Below, in pieces: positions 18,497 to 28,863 of a DNA stretch of 61,837 nucleotides. Each line of letters starts with the position of its first letter. Position 1 is the first letter of the stretch. A program made the translations under genes and the position numbers. The DNA comes from a virus. Taxonomy: Duplodnaviria; Caudoviricetes. The notes beneath the pieces were generated by a model. It saw only the letters and a program-made list of their open reading frames with translations. It was not told the DNA's origin and ran no database searches. The stretch spans positions 1 to 61,837 of IMG/VR virus record IMGVR_UViG_3300028840_003061; one strand, written 5' to 3'.

Positions 18497-19312
18497 ATGA
18501 AATACATCTTAAGTTTACTTCTTTTTATGGGCACCTTTGCTATGACAGCCAAGGAAAAAGCTGATATTGTTCTAACAAAAGACAATACCGTAGTTTTAAA
18601 CGATACAGTTAACTGGGATAGTATCTCAAAAGTGTCTATGGACTTACTCTTATTGTCTACTAGAGTTCCAGAGGATCAACCAATTTATTTATTCCTATCG
18701 ACTCCAGGAGGCTCAGTATTAGCTGGCTCTGCTTTTATTGAGGTATTAAAGCATATCCCCCAAGAAGTACATACAATCACCTCTTTTGCTGCTAGTATGG
18801 GTTTTTCTATTGTACAAGCATCTGATAAACGCATTATCCTAGAAACAGGAACTCTTATGTCCCACAGAGCATCTCTTGGTGGTCTAGAGGGCCAATTAGA
18901 TGGGGAAATCGAAACCAGAATTAGGTACTATAAAGATATTACTAATATCTTAAATAAAGAGGCGGCAAATAGAATGGGACTATCTCTCGGAAAGTACAAG
19001 AGATTGATAAACCGAGAATATTGGGCTGTAGGTAATAAAGCCGTATCTCAGGGTGCTGCGGATAAGGTTGCGTCTGTTACCTGCTCTTTGGACCTACTGA
19101 CTTCACATAATATTCAGAAAGTAAGAACTTTGTTTGGGGCTATAGAGCTTAAGTTCTCAAACTGCCCATTAATAGTCTCTCCTATTGAAGTAATCGAACC
19201 TACAGAGAAGAAAAAAACCAATAAACTTGCTAGAGACTATGTAAACCTACTATTTAACAACAAGACTACTTTCATTAATAGATACATCAAGACTGGCATT
19301 TTCAACAGATGA
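18497..19312 (+). CDS. Second ClpP-like protease, with signal peptide
   Basis: MKYILSLLLFMGTFAMTA; STPGGSV.AG, AASMG, LMSH, GAADKV. Confidence 0.8.
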   Translation: MKYILSLLLFMGTFAMTAKEKADIVLTKDNTVVLNDTVNWDSISKVSMDLLLLSTRVPEDQPIYLFLSTPGGSVLAGSAFIEVLKHIPQEVHTITSFAASMGFSIVQASDKRIILETGTLMSHRASLGGLEGQLDGEIETRIRYYKDITNILNKEAANRMGLSLGKYKRLINREYWAVGNKAVSQGAADKVASVTCSLDLLTSHNIQKVRTLFGAIELKFSNCPLIVSPIEVIEPTEKKKTNKLARDYVNLLFNNKTTFINRYIKTGIFNR

Positions 19313-19734
19313 AAAACACCAAGAATATGACAACAGAGGAGCTTTTGGAGTTAGTTGGTGATTGTGGCGTCACCGCTACTCCAGAGATCCCAGATATTAA
19401 ACCAAACAGAGTAGAGAGGTTCATTAAAGACTGGGGAATTACCGCTGGAAACGATCCAGTTCCTAATTACATCATATTCTACACATACTATAAAGTATAC
19501 GAACCAACATCAAGAAAAAAGCTTTCTAAAATTGACTTCTTTCGTAAATTCAATAAATACTTTACATCCGCAAGAACCGGAAAAGAAAGGAAATACTTAC
19601 TAGACAGCAAGGTATTCAGCAAGGATAAAAGCTTCTATGAAAAAGCAAAAGCGTACAACAAAAAATACAACAACAGAAAAAAAAGAGAAGCAGACCAGGA
19701 GAGACAAAGAAAAGCATCCAGCACTATCGAATAG
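19309..19734 (+). CDS. Hypothetical basic protein, possibly DNA-binding
   Basis: ATGA overlap; Lys/Arg-rich. Confidence 0.6.
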   Translation: MKNTKNMTTEELLELVGDCGVTATPEIPDIKPNRVERFIKDWGITAGNDPVPNYIIFYTYYKVYEPTSRKKLSKIDFFRKFNKYFTSARTGKERKYLLDSKVFSKDKSFYEKAKAYNKKYNNRKKREADQERQRKASSTIE

Positions 19735-20287
19735 ATTTAATCTTAAAATGAGATCAGATTATATTGATACTGATCATGTAGACGGTGTAAAGAATGAGGA
19801 TGGGGACTTAGTAATACGTGCTTTTACCAAAGAAGAAAAAGACTTCTATAATAAATTTTATGAAGAAGTAGTAAATGCCAATTTTCACCATGATAAAGAA
19901 GTAAAAAGACTTTATCGTAAGCTAAAAAGATTAGAGAAGAACACTAATCCTAGCGATGCGGATATCGAAGAATGGTCAGAAGTATATGCAGATTATCTAC
20001 AAAAGAAAGACGAATCCCTTTTATATAAGAATCCTAAAGAACAAAAAAAGTTGTATGGGGAAAATAACGCTAGAAACAGGTGCATTTACAATAGAAAGAA
20101 GGCATCTGGAGCGTTATTTCATATAGAAGATAACAGATACAATACTGAAGAAGATCAAACTACTACTTGTGAAGAAAGCGGCACTGTGTTACTGAAAGAC
20201 GACTTTGAGCATGGAAGAGAGGAAATAGTCTCTAATAGAAAGAAAAGAAGATCTGAATTACTTTTCGGAAAGAAGAAAAAAGATTAA
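19637..20287 (+). CDS. Hypothetical highly charged protein
   Basis: 216-aa ORF; last gene of the + strand block. Confidence 0.65.
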   Translation: MKKQKRTTKNTTTEKKEKQTRRDKEKHPALSNRFNLKMRSDYIDTDHVDGVKNEDGDLVIRAFTKEEKDFYNKFYEEVVNANFHHDKEVKRLYRKLKRLEKNTNPSDADIEEWSEVYADYLQKKDESLLYKNPKEQKKLYGENNARNRCIYNRKKASGALFHIEDNRYNTEEDQTTTCEESGTVLLKDDFEHGREEIVSNRKKRRSELLFGKKKKD

Positions 20288-20583
20288 GAAAAGAATAATT
20301 CCCATAACTTGTAGACACCATAACTAGAGCCACTGAGACCCCCGCTACCGAGCAATACTTTAAATATATAGTTTCGCACCATATGAGGCTTTTCAAGCAA
20401 TTCTAGGCGCTTCTGTGCGTTCTTAACGCCTAATATATGTTCTTCTAGGTCTTCAGTATTTTTACTCACATCTGACCCCAATTTAGTCAAGATAATACTA
20501 TGTTCATTTAGCTTCTCATTAGTTGCTTTCTGGTCCGATCTGACTTCTTTTAGCATATCAAGTATTATCTCTGTATCTTTCAT
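20284..20583 (-). CDS. Coiled-coil protein with C-terminal hydrophobic segment (holin-like?)
   Basis: Architecture; position at the end of the late operon. Confidence 0.5.
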   Translation of the reverse strand: MKDTEIILDMLKEVRSDQKATNEKLNEHSIILTKLGSDVSKNTEDLEEHILGVKNAQKRLELLEKPHMVRNYIFKVLLGSGGLSGSSYGVYKLWELFFS

Positions 20584-22835
20584 TTCTCTTCTTCCTCTGA
20601 CATAGTTTCTAACATCTCTCTAAAAGCTGGCTGTTGCATAAGACCGTACATGATGGCGTTTTTGGTTCTTTGGGGACTTTTTAGCGCTTTTTGTAAAGGT
20701 GCGATGAAGGTTTGATTGACGCCCTCTCCACCTTCTTTTAGCCTAGTAATAACACGTTGTATTTGTTCGGGGCTAGATTCGACTATATCTAGAGTTTTTC
20801 CCGCAAGGCTTTTTTGACCAGGTAATCTAGTGGTTACCGCTTGTTTAGGAGAAACGGCAGCTCTACCAACGGCATTAGTTAGTTTATTGATTATACCTCC
20901 GGCTGTACCCATTAGTGACCTAAAGCTGGCTGATTCTGGTACATGGTCTGCGGGTTTGTGTAATTGATGCGCCTTTCTGAGTTCAGCAATCTCTAGATCC
21001 ATTTGTTTAGCGAATTTAGGATCAACTCTTCTTAGGTAAGTCATAACCTGACCTTTATCTGATACCGGATTCTTATCTGATACGCCAGATATATACTTAG
21101 CCATATTTTTTATATTAGCTAATTTGTCTTTTTCTAACATAGCTTTAGTATTCATCCCCATAATATCAGTAGCGTCTAAAGCATTTGTTATTTTTTTGTT
21201 GACTTCATCTAATGGCTGTTTAATTTGTTTAGCTGCTCCAGATAGTTTATCTTTAATTGCCATAGATGCTCTAGTTGCCGCATCAGTAACTTCTTTTGGA
21301 AGGCTTTCTTTTTTAGCCAAAGCAGAATATGTCTTCATCATATCGGCCAGTCTTTTGGTTTGTCCTGTAGTCAATTTTTCTGCGTCTAAAGAAGACGGTA
21401 CTTCTGTGACAATTGTTTTAACTTGTCCAGTAGTTAAATCTTTCGCTGACACAATCTCTCTACCAGTAGCTTCATCTATACTTCTTTGTATTTTACTTGG
21501 ATTTGGACGACTGTACGGTTGAGCTTTTATTATAGTATCTATAACTTCTTCTCCTGTCTCAGGATCTATTTTAGCTACTGTATCTTGTCTAACCGCTGCC
21601 TCTATAGCATCGTCTCCTTCTGGAAGTACCTGTTTTCCTCTCACAGCAAGAGTTTGAGATTCTATAATATCATCAGAACTTTCTATAGACCTCTTTAGTG
21701 CATCTTTTTCTAATTTAGTTTTAGCTGCTGTATAAGGATCTTTTGTTTTACCTTTAATTATTTCTTTTTCTAATCTAGCAATAGCATTTTTAGTTGCTTT
21801 TCCATCCCCTAGATAGTCTTCCAAAACGTCTAGAAATTGTTGAGCCCTTTTTCTCTCTGTTTGACTATCAATACTCTTAACTAACTTTCTGGCTTCATCT
21901 AAGTCGGATTTAACATTTATGGTAATGCCTTGTTCGTCAATTAGATCCATTATCTTATGTTTCTCTTTTCCAAGCTTATTAAGCCTAGCATGCAAAGAGC
22001 TGACATATTTTTTAGCAGCATCTGATATTTTCTTATTTACAACATCTTCCTCAAGAGAGACTCCCTTTAAGCCTAAAGAAAAGCTATCTATTGCGTCTTG
22101 AACTCCGGGAACAGAACGTATAATAGAACCAGTTACGTGTGTACCACCAACTAATCCAGCAGCAGCGGCAGCCCCAAGAGTTCCCCCTTTTACTGCATCC
22201 TTGATGGTTCCTTTAACATCCCCCTCTAGTAGACTAGACTCCCCTGTAGTTAGGCCGGTTATCGCACCAGCTTTAGCCCCCTCTTTTGCTGCCATAGATA
22301 AAGATTTAGCTAATTGTGCTTTTTTTAGTTTATTATATAAATCTATCTTGCCAAGAACTTTTGCTTCTTTAGCTAACTTACCGGCCTTCACTATCTTCTC
22401 AGCACCTTTTGCGCTTGGTAATACTTTAGCTGCGGTAGCTCCCAGTTTTCCTGTTTTAGCTAAAATTGCTCCAGGAACAGGAGTTGCCAAACCCCCAGCA
22501 AGCATACCAGCTACTGACGCAGCGGGCTGATCTTCCATTGCTTTTTCTCTAGACTCTACTTCTCGCTGTTTACCTTCTTTATATGCAGCTAAAGCAGACT
22601 CTAAAGTTGGTTCTTTTCCGTGAATAAAAGGATCAGCAAGTATCTGACCTGCAGCAGCACCTATACCACCAACAATATCTGAGGCTCCCAGTGTTGCAGC
22701 AGAAATTGCCTGTCTTCCTGCGGCTTCTAGTTTGCTCATCTTCTCTGAATCCTCAGAAAGCGACTCGTCTATTGGAAGAGTTTCTTCAAAGTCAACTGGA
22801 GCGGTATCTTCAAATTTTGGAGTATCTTCAGCCAT
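20580..22835 (-). CDS. Putative internal virion / DNA ejection protein
   Basis: Ala/Gly-rich helical N-terminal half; distal position in the structural operon. Confidence 0.65.
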   Translation of the reverse strand: MAEDTPKFEDTAPVDFEETLPIDESLSEDSEKMSKLEAAGRQAISAATLGASDIVGGIGAAAGQILADPFIHGKEPTLESALAAYKEGKQREVESREKAMEDQPAASVAGMLAGGLATPVPGAILAKTGKLGATAAKVLPSAKGAEKIVKAGKLAKEAKVLGKIDLYNKLKKAQLAKSLSMAAKEGAKAGAITGLTTGESSLLEGDVKGTIKDAVKGGTLGAAAAAGLVGGTHVTGSIIRSVPGVQDAIDSFSLGLKGVSLEEDVVNKKISDAAKKYVSSLHARLNKLGKEKHKIMDLIDEQGITINVKSDLDEARKLVKSIDSQTERKRAQQFLDVLEDYLGDGKATKNAIARLEKEIIKGKTKDPYTAAKTKLEKDALKRSIESSDDIIESQTLAVRGKQVLPEGDDAIEAAVRQDTVAKIDPETGEEVIDTIIKAQPYSRPNPSKIQRSIDEATGREIVSAKDLTTGQVKTIVTEVPSSLDAEKLTTGQTKRLADMMKTYSALAKKESLPKEVTDAATRASMAIKDKLSGAAKQIKQPLDEVNKKITNALDATDIMGMNTKAMLEKDKLANIKNMAKYISGVSDKNPVSDKGQVMTYLRRVDPKFAKQMDLEIAELRKAHQLHKPADHVPESASFRSLMGTAGGIINKLTNAVGRAAVSPKQAVTTRLPGQKSLAGKTLDIVESSPEQIQRVITRLKEGGEGVNQTFIAPLQKALKSPQRTKNAIMYGLMQQPAFREMLETMSEEEEK

Positions 22836-22837
22836 TA

Positions 22838-24724
22838 TTAGTCCTCGTATCTAAGAAATTTCTTATTTTTATCGAAGATAGCAATTCTTCCGTCTTTAGT
22901 TTTTCTTCTAATCTCGCCATTTTCTACTTTTTTTGGTTCTCTTTTTGGAGTTCCTAATGCTGCATTTATGTAAGAATTATCTAACTCCGGATATATCGCT
23001 TTTATTCTAGATTGAGACAAGTCATATACTTTATCAATATCAGCTCCAAGCTTACCTTTTAGTGTCTTAAGGTTATCTTTTATGTCTTTTAATGTTTCTG
23101 GGGACAACTCTCCCTCGGCACCTTTTTTATACCAATCTTTTAACTTTCTACCCCAAGATGTACCTGTCATATATCTAACAACATCAGTATCAGTAAGAAC
23201 TCCAACTTCTCCCATTGCTCTAGCCATTTTAGTACCTAATGCAGCAATAGCTTGTTCATTACCACCTTCTGCACTTGCGATTAACTCACTAACTGCATCA
23301 AATTCCATATTCTGTTCCATAGCTTTTTTGAAACGCGGATCATCTTTAAGTATACCACGTATAGTAGATACTTGTCTATCTTTGGATATCCTCTTTTCTC
23401 TTTTTTCATCCATTTTAAGCTTGGCTAATCTATATTGCATCAAAGCATCTTTACTATCAGATTCTCTTGCTTTTCCTAAGTCAGCAACCTCTTCCCCAGT
23501 TTGACGATCAAATAACTTAACTCTTCCATCAACATCTTTTGCAAAAGTATCTCTTTTATCTTTTGCAGTCGCTGCTTGATATTGTCTTAACAAAGCCATG
23601 CGATCTTTTAGTATGTTGCGAGGTGTTCCTTTATATAACTCTCCCATTGTTGGTACATGTATACCAGCTTTTGGAGCTTTAACTTCAAATCCCCCAGCTT
23701 CGGCAACCCTACCAGCTTGATATTGCGCCCCAAACTTAGTCAATGCATCCAATATTTGTAGCTTGGCCCTATCTGATCTAGCGTCATCCATTTTAGATTT
23801 AGCATCTTTGTACTCATCCATAAGCCTGACGTACTCTGATTGTATGTCTATGGAAGGGGCTTTTCTGGCAGATTGGAGTAAGGTCTTTTCTTGTTTACCT
23901 AACTTTGCATCTTGAGATAATACTTTCTCTGTTTCAGTCTCTCCCGCATCGTCTTCTGGCTCTTCAATTGAGCTAACCATCTTAGGAGGTTCTGGTGATT
24001 GTTGTATTGATTGTGGATCTACTCCGTATGTTATTGGGGGGTTTATTTCGTCACTTTGCTCTTGGCGATATGGAATATCTGGAATTGGGTAAATACTGTC
24101 TACTACTCCACCATCCTGAAAACCCATAGTGCTAGCTACTTCCGGTTGCGTTTGTTTATCTAATTCATCTGGCATCATTGGTTTATTGTAATCTGGAACA
24201 ATAGAACTGTCTTCTCTTGGAGCAATCTCTTCTTTTAGTTGCTCAATTTCTGATTCTCGCTCTTCAATTGCAGAAAGATTTCCTTTTACTTTTCTTAGGT
24301 AATCGTCTACATCTCTTTGGGGTTGTTTTTTTCCTAGGATATCTCGGTCTCTTGTTCCGCCATGCCCTTGGTTATACGATCTTATAGTTAGTTCATCTAA
24401 ATGTTCTTCAGGAAAAGCTCCTTGACCTTTTAGATCTTTTCTTAACCTAGTTTTATCATCAACATATAACCTAACCATTGCTTTTTTATTAAATTCTGGG
24501 TCTAGTAGATGCTCTGTTACATTTTCTTTAGTTACGGGTTTGCCGTTCCACTCTACAGGTAACATCCCGCGCTCTACCATACGTTCGGCAGTTGCTCTTT
24601 TTATTTGCCCCAACCCGTAAGAAGGCCCACTTTCTATGTTCCTATCGCCAATAGCTTTAGGATTTCCGCTAGATTCCGTTTGGATAATAGCATCTAATAT
24701 TTTTTCGTCCATTTTTTCAGACAT
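22838..24724 (-). CDS. Ejection protein with N-terminal lytic transglycosylase domain
   Basis: IIQTESSGNP, YGLGQI...TA, SYNQG. Confidence 0.8.
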   Translation of the reverse strand: MSEKMDEKILDAIIQTESSGNPKAIGDRNIESGPSYGLGQIKRATAERMVERGMLPVEWNGKPVTKENVTEHLLDPEFNKKAMVRLYVDDKTRLRKDLKGQGAFPEEHLDELTIRSYNQGHGGTRDRDILGKKQPQRDVDDYLRKVKGNLSAIEERESEIEQLKEEIAPREDSSIVPDYNKPMMPDELDKQTQPEVASTMGFQDGGVVDSIYPIPDIPYRQEQSDEINPPITYGVDPQSIQQSPEPPKMVSSIEEPEDDAGETETEKVLSQDAKLGKQEKTLLQSARKAPSIDIQSEYVRLMDEYKDAKSKMDDARSDRAKLQILDALTKFGAQYQAGRVAEAGGFEVKAPKAGIHVPTMGELYKGTPRNILKDRMALLRQYQAATAKDKRDTFAKDVDGRVKLFDRQTGEEVADLGKARESDSKDALMQYRLAKLKMDEKREKRISKDRQVSTIRGILKDDPRFKKAMEQNMEFDAVSELIASAEGGNEQAIAALGTKMARAMGEVGVLTDTDVVRYMTGTSWGRKLKDWYKKGAEGELSPETLKDIKDNLKTLKGKLGADIDKVYDLSQSRIKAIYPELDNSYINAALGTPKREPKKVENGEIRRKTKDGRIAIFDKNKKFLRYED

Positions 24725-24726
24725 TA

Positions 24727-26406
24727 TTAACCCTTCATTAAAGTTTCTAAGGCTTTCATTCTTGCTTTAGTTCTTTTTTGAGCCTCTTTCATTTCCTTTT
24801 CTTGAGCTTCCATCTTAGAATACTCTTGGTGTAGTCCTTGAGCTAGCTGACCTTCTTCGGAACTAACTACCCCACCATCCTCATAGCCCTTTTTTACAAC
24901 TCCGCCACAAGCCATTTCTTCCTGGACTTCATCTGATTCCATCAGTATATCTTCATCACCTAATTCGGATAAATCTCGGTATCCTTTTAATAGTTCCATT
25001 AGTCTTTGTTGTTGAGGAAGGTTAATCCACATCTCTCCGGAGTTTACCTTAGCATCAACTCTATCACCAGCATATTCGTCCATAGGGACAATACCAGCTT
25101 CTTCATCCTGCATCCCTTCTACTTCTGGAACAGGAATACCACCACCAGCATACCCACCATTGCTATTCGGAGCTTCTATTTGTGGTCCTTGGGGAATTTC
25201 TTGAGGCTCTTCTTCAACTACACCACCGTTTGCATATCCACGTTCTTTCCGGACTTGTGCAAAAGTTTTACCTTCTGTAAAATCAGATACTGTTCTAGGA
25301 TTTGGGTCTTTTCTTATAACTCCCCCATCTGCAGCATATGTTCCGAATTTAGGATCTACTGTACCAGTAAAAGCTGTCGCGTCTTCACTAGGTTGGACTT
25401 GAGTTCGTACTGATGGGGACGATTTACTGCCATACTGTATCATGGCTCCGCCAATCCCTCCGGCAAGGTTACTAAAAGCGGCTCCTTGTTGTAAAGCTCC
25501 CTTTGCGGCGGCTTGTCCAGCAGATAAAGTATTACTGGCTTGTTGTTGTACGGTTTGTTGTTGTCCAGCTCTTGCGTTAGCAATTGCTTGTTGTCTAGCC
25601 AATCTGTTTTGGTAATCTTGTTGTATAAGAGCTTTGTTTGTCATTTCTTGTTGGTTAGCTAAGTCTGCCTCGGTATTATATTGTTGTTGTTGACGAGCCA
25701 GGTTAGACGCTTCTACGTTCATTCTATTGGCTAGATTAAATTGAGCAATACGATCTGCCGCACTAGCAACTTGAGCCTGGCGACCAAACTGCTCTTGTCC
25801 AATCTGACTAGCTAAACCAGCACCTTGACTCATTGCTTGTAATGCTCTTTGTTGTGCTTGACCGGATAACTGAGCTTGAGCTAATGCATCTCTTTCTGCT
25901 GCAGCTTGACTAGAGCTAAGTCTTGCGGCTAGTTCTGCTCCGCCTCCCCCGGCTCCCCGTTCTTCTGCACTTTGTAGTATAGATTTTTGGCGGGCTTGCT
26001 CTGCTCCAGCAGCTTGTCTCTGCATTAGAAGTTGTTGCGCTTTTTCTTCTTCGGTTAAGCCTGTTCTAGATAGATCTCCTAACTTCTGTAATGCGTCCAT
26101 TTGAGCTTTTTCTAGTCTAGGATCTACTTGTATATCTTCTAAAGCAGAAGGTCCTTGTTCTAAATATTGCTGTAATCCGGCAAACTCCGGTTTTTGTAAT
26201 ACGATTTTTTGGGCTTCAATAGTAGGAATTCCTAAAGCCTTCAATTCGTCCACAGACTCCTGGGCAAGGGCCATAGCTTGTCTCATCTGAGCATCTGCCT
26301 GTCCTTTAGCATCAGCAGCAATACCAGCAGCTTTGTCTCCGCTAATTATATTACCAACTGCACCGACTCCTCCGGCAACAAGTCCCATAGTTAATGGATC
26401 ACCCAT
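24727..26406 (-). CDS. Putative DNA ejection / pilot protein
   Basis: MGDPLTMGLVAGG N-terminus; Gln/Ala-rich coils; follows the GNAT gene. Confidence 0.7.
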   Translation of the reverse strand: MGDPLTMGLVAGGVGAVGNIISGDKAAGIAADAKGQADAQMRQAMALAQESVDELKALGIPTIEAQKIVLQKPEFAGLQQYLEQGPSALEDIQVDPRLEKAQMDALQKLGDLSRTGLTEEEKAQQLLMQRQAAGAEQARQKSILQSAEERGAGGGGAELAARLSSSQAAAERDALAQAQLSGQAQQRALQAMSQGAGLASQIGQEQFGRQAQVASAADRIAQFNLANRMNVEASNLARQQQQYNTEADLANQQEMTNKALIQQDYQNRLARQQAIANARAGQQQTVQQQASNTLSAGQAAAKGALQQGAAFSNLAGGIGGAMIQYGSKSSPSVRTQVQPSEDATAFTGTVDPKFGTYAADGGVIRKDPNPRTVSDFTEGKTFAQVRKERGYANGGVVEEEPQEIPQGPQIEAPNSNGGYAGGGIPVPEVEGMQDEEAGIVPMDEYAGDRVDAKVNSGEMWINLPQQQRLMELLKGYRDLSELGDEDILMESDEVQEEMACGGVVKKGYEDGGVVSSEEGQLAQGLHQEYSKMEAQEKEMKEAQKRTKARMKALETLMKG

Positions 26407-26407
26407 A

Positions 26408-26743
26408 TTATTCTCCTACCTTTTTTCTTAAATAAATAACACTATTTGTATTATAATAAAGTTCATATCCATGAGAAAGCATAATAGAGATTGAATACGT
26501 TGAATTAGACATACCAGGAACGACAGACCCAACGACATACTGATACCCCAATTCTTCGGCAATAGCACAAGCTAGTTTATCGTATTCTTTTGCAATGCCC
26601 TTTCCTCTAAACTCTTCTCTAACAAATATATCTGCAATATACAAACCACCAGGATTAGATTCATATGTGAAAAAACCATACTCGTCCTCATAAATATTTC
26701 GAGTAGACTTTTCTTCTAAATATAAGGCATAGTTTGATTTCAT
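26408..26743 (-). CDS. GNAT acetyltransferase
   Basis: YIADIFVREEFRGKGIA acetyl-CoA-binding motif. Confidence 0.85.
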   Translation of the reverse strand: MKSNYALYLEEKSTRNIYEDEYGFFTYESNPGGLYIADIFVREEFRGKGIAKEYDKLACAIAEELGYQYVVGSVVPGMSNSTYSISIMLSHGYELYYNTNSVIYLRKKVGE

Positions 26744-26744
26744 A

Positions 26745-28403
26745 TTAACCTTTTGTTGGGATATACTTTAAACCGCCACCACCTGGAGGAGGGAGATATT
26801 TGCCTCCTTGGGTCGGATCTACTTCTTTAGATACAGGAGGTACTACACCATGTCTAGCATCTATTGTAGACAGGCCTTGTTCTATGTCAGCTATTCCTTT
26901 GCTTGCAGCATGTGCTGCCTCTATTTGTTGCATCTTTGCATCAAGTTGTCTCATTGCTTCAGCATATTGATCTTGTAGAGATGTTTGACTATTCATAGTA
27001 TTCATTTGAGATAGGTAATAAGCCCTCCATTGCTCTCTTTGAGATTCAGCAACTTGTTTAGACTCGTTTCTTATCTGTTCTGCTTGTCCCTCTAATTGAC
27101 TTTTCTCTAAATCATACGCGGCCTTTTTGTCGCCGATTGTTTTTATATAATCCTGGGCACCTGTAGCAATTTGACCGGAACCAGCTTGCAAATCTCCAGC
27201 AGGTTGACCAGCTAATTGTCTAAGAGCGTTTAATTGCGCAGCTTGTTCTGCTGCCCTAACATCCCCTTCTGCGATATTTCCAAAGTGTACATAATCAGAA
27301 AGCTTTTGACCAAAAGTCTGATCCAATAAACCTTTTTGTATCGACTCTGGGTCTGCTCCTAGTTTTGCCATTTCTTCTGGAGATAAATGCTGCCCGCTTT
27401 CCACTTTTGCTCTAAGTGCTGCTTGTTCTGCTTGAGCTTGTTCTAATTGAGATGCAACATCAGATTGTATACCTTGTTGTTTTGCGGCAAGTTGTTCAGT
27501 GGCGGTTCTAGCAATATCCCCTCTTTGTCTTTGTTGTTCCGCTAGTTTACTTCTAATATCTCCTTCTAAGGAAGAGGTTTGTTTATCCAAACCACTAACA
27601 TCTCTTTGAAGTCCTCTAGAGTCTACAGCTTGCGCTCCCCGTTTACCAGAAATAAGAAGAGCATCTAATGCTCTCTGTCCACCAGTATATGTTGGAGATT
27701 GTTTACCGACCGCTCTAGAAAGCTCTGCAACTCTTCCTCTAGAAGATAATAGCTCTGCGGCTCTTCTTTTTAGATCTGCAGCTTTACCTGCTTCTTTATA
27801 TAAGTTAGGACCAGTTCCAGTATCAATAGAGGTAGTACCTTCTCTGATCGCTTTAAAACGCTTTAAATCTTCTTCAGATGGGCCTGTTGCTCCGGCTTGG
27901 TCTATAAGTCCAGAAGCAAATTGACCAGCAGAGTCAAGTCTTTGTTGTTCTTGAGATATCTTAGATCCAGCACCTAGGGACTTTTCTCTCTTTTTAGCTA
28001 TATCTTGTTCTAAACTAGACTTTTCTCCTCTAATACCGGAAGAAATACGAGATCCTATTTGTTGAGCTTTAGGTTGGTTGGCGTCAATGTATTTTTTAAG
28101 GTTAGTATATGTACCAGATCCACTCCGGCTTTCTGGTCTTTTGGCTGTGAAATCTTTACCAGTTTTCTCGGCTGTCATACCCATAAGACGTTCACCGGCT
28201 TTTTCACGCTCTACAAGGCCTCCAGCAACGAATTTCTGAGGCTCTTTAGTCTGACCAGCCATACGAGCTAGAGCAGCTCTCTTGGGGCTCATAGAGGCTG
28301 AGAGAGGGGCTGAACTATTGACACCAGGTTTAGATGCGTTATCCTCTTCTAATACACCCATACCTGGCTTAGATCCCTCTTCTTTTCCTATAATATATGC
28401 CAA
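26745..28403 (-). CDS. Putative internal virion protein
   Basis: Helical and Gln/Ala-rich; SGTYTNLKKYIDANQ; structural operon. Confidence 0.6.
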   Translation of the reverse strand: MAYIIGKEEGSKPGMGVLEEDNASKPGVNSSAPLSASMSPKRAALARMAGQTKEPQKFVAGGLVEREKAGERLMGMTAEKTGKDFTAKRPESRSGSGTYTNLKKYIDANQPKAQQIGSRISSGIRGEKSSLEQDIAKKREKSLGAGSKISQEQQRLDSAGQFASGLIDQAGATGPSEEDLKRFKAIREGTTSIDTGTGPNLYKEAGKAADLKRRAAELLSSRGRVAELSRAVGKQSPTYTGGQRALDALLISGKRGAQAVDSRGLQRDVSGLDKQTSSLEGDIRSKLAEQQRQRGDIARTATEQLAAKQQGIQSDVASQLEQAQAEQAALRAKVESGQHLSPEEMAKLGADPESIQKGLLDQTFGQKLSDYVHFGNIAEGDVRAAEQAAQLNALRQLAGQPAGDLQAGSGQIATGAQDYIKTIGDKKAAYDLEKSQLEGQAEQIRNESKQVAESQREQWRAYYLSQMNTMNSQTSLQDQYAEAMRQLDAKMQQIEAAHAASKGIADIEQGLSTIDARHGVVPPVSKEVDPTQGGKYLPPPGGGGLKYIPTKG

Positions 28404-28437
28404 TTTACTAGTCTCCTACTATAGTTTGCTTCTTTAT

Positions 28438-28447
28438 TAGTTGTTAA
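28438..28447 (-). promoter_or_regulatory. TTAACAACTA candidate late promoter
   Basis: Exact copy upstream of the 28403 start. Confidence 0.55.
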
Positions 28448-28863
28448 TTGCCTATAACTTGTATAGTTAGTTCGTACTCGTTATTTTCCTGTAACCCAGT
28501 TATGTTTAGTATTTTTATGATTTGTCCAGTATTACCACTGTAAGTAAATGAGATAAAAGGCTGTCCTTCTGGATAAGTATTTGAATTTGTTAGATTTCTA
28601 GCAGAAAGTACTATAAATCCTCTGGCTCGATTTGTACCAATCCTGAACAATCCATTAGTAATGGGAACCCCCGTGCTGTCCACTTCTATAGAAAATGTCA
28701 GTATTTCTTGGTTTAAGTTATCAAAATCTAAATTTCCGTTAACCGTATCTACTACATCATCCATAAACTTATTAATAACATCCCCAAGCCTACCGACTAG
28801 CTCCCTATATTCCGGATCGTAATCATCACTTAAAATACGTCTTACATTATCTAGCTGTGCGAT
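28444..28863 (-). CDS. Tail-associated protein; probable ATC start
   Basis: Frame open 33 codons upstream of ATG 28764, to an ATC overlapping the previous TAA (TAATC); GGGGGA RBS. Confidence 0.65.
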   Translation of the reverse strand: MAQLDNVRRILSDDYDPEYRELVGRLGDVINKFMDDVVDTVNGNLDFDNLNQEILTFSIEVDSTGVPITNGLFRIGTNRARGFIVLSARNLTNSNTYPEGQPFISFTYSGNTGQIIKILNITGLQENNEYELTIQVIGN

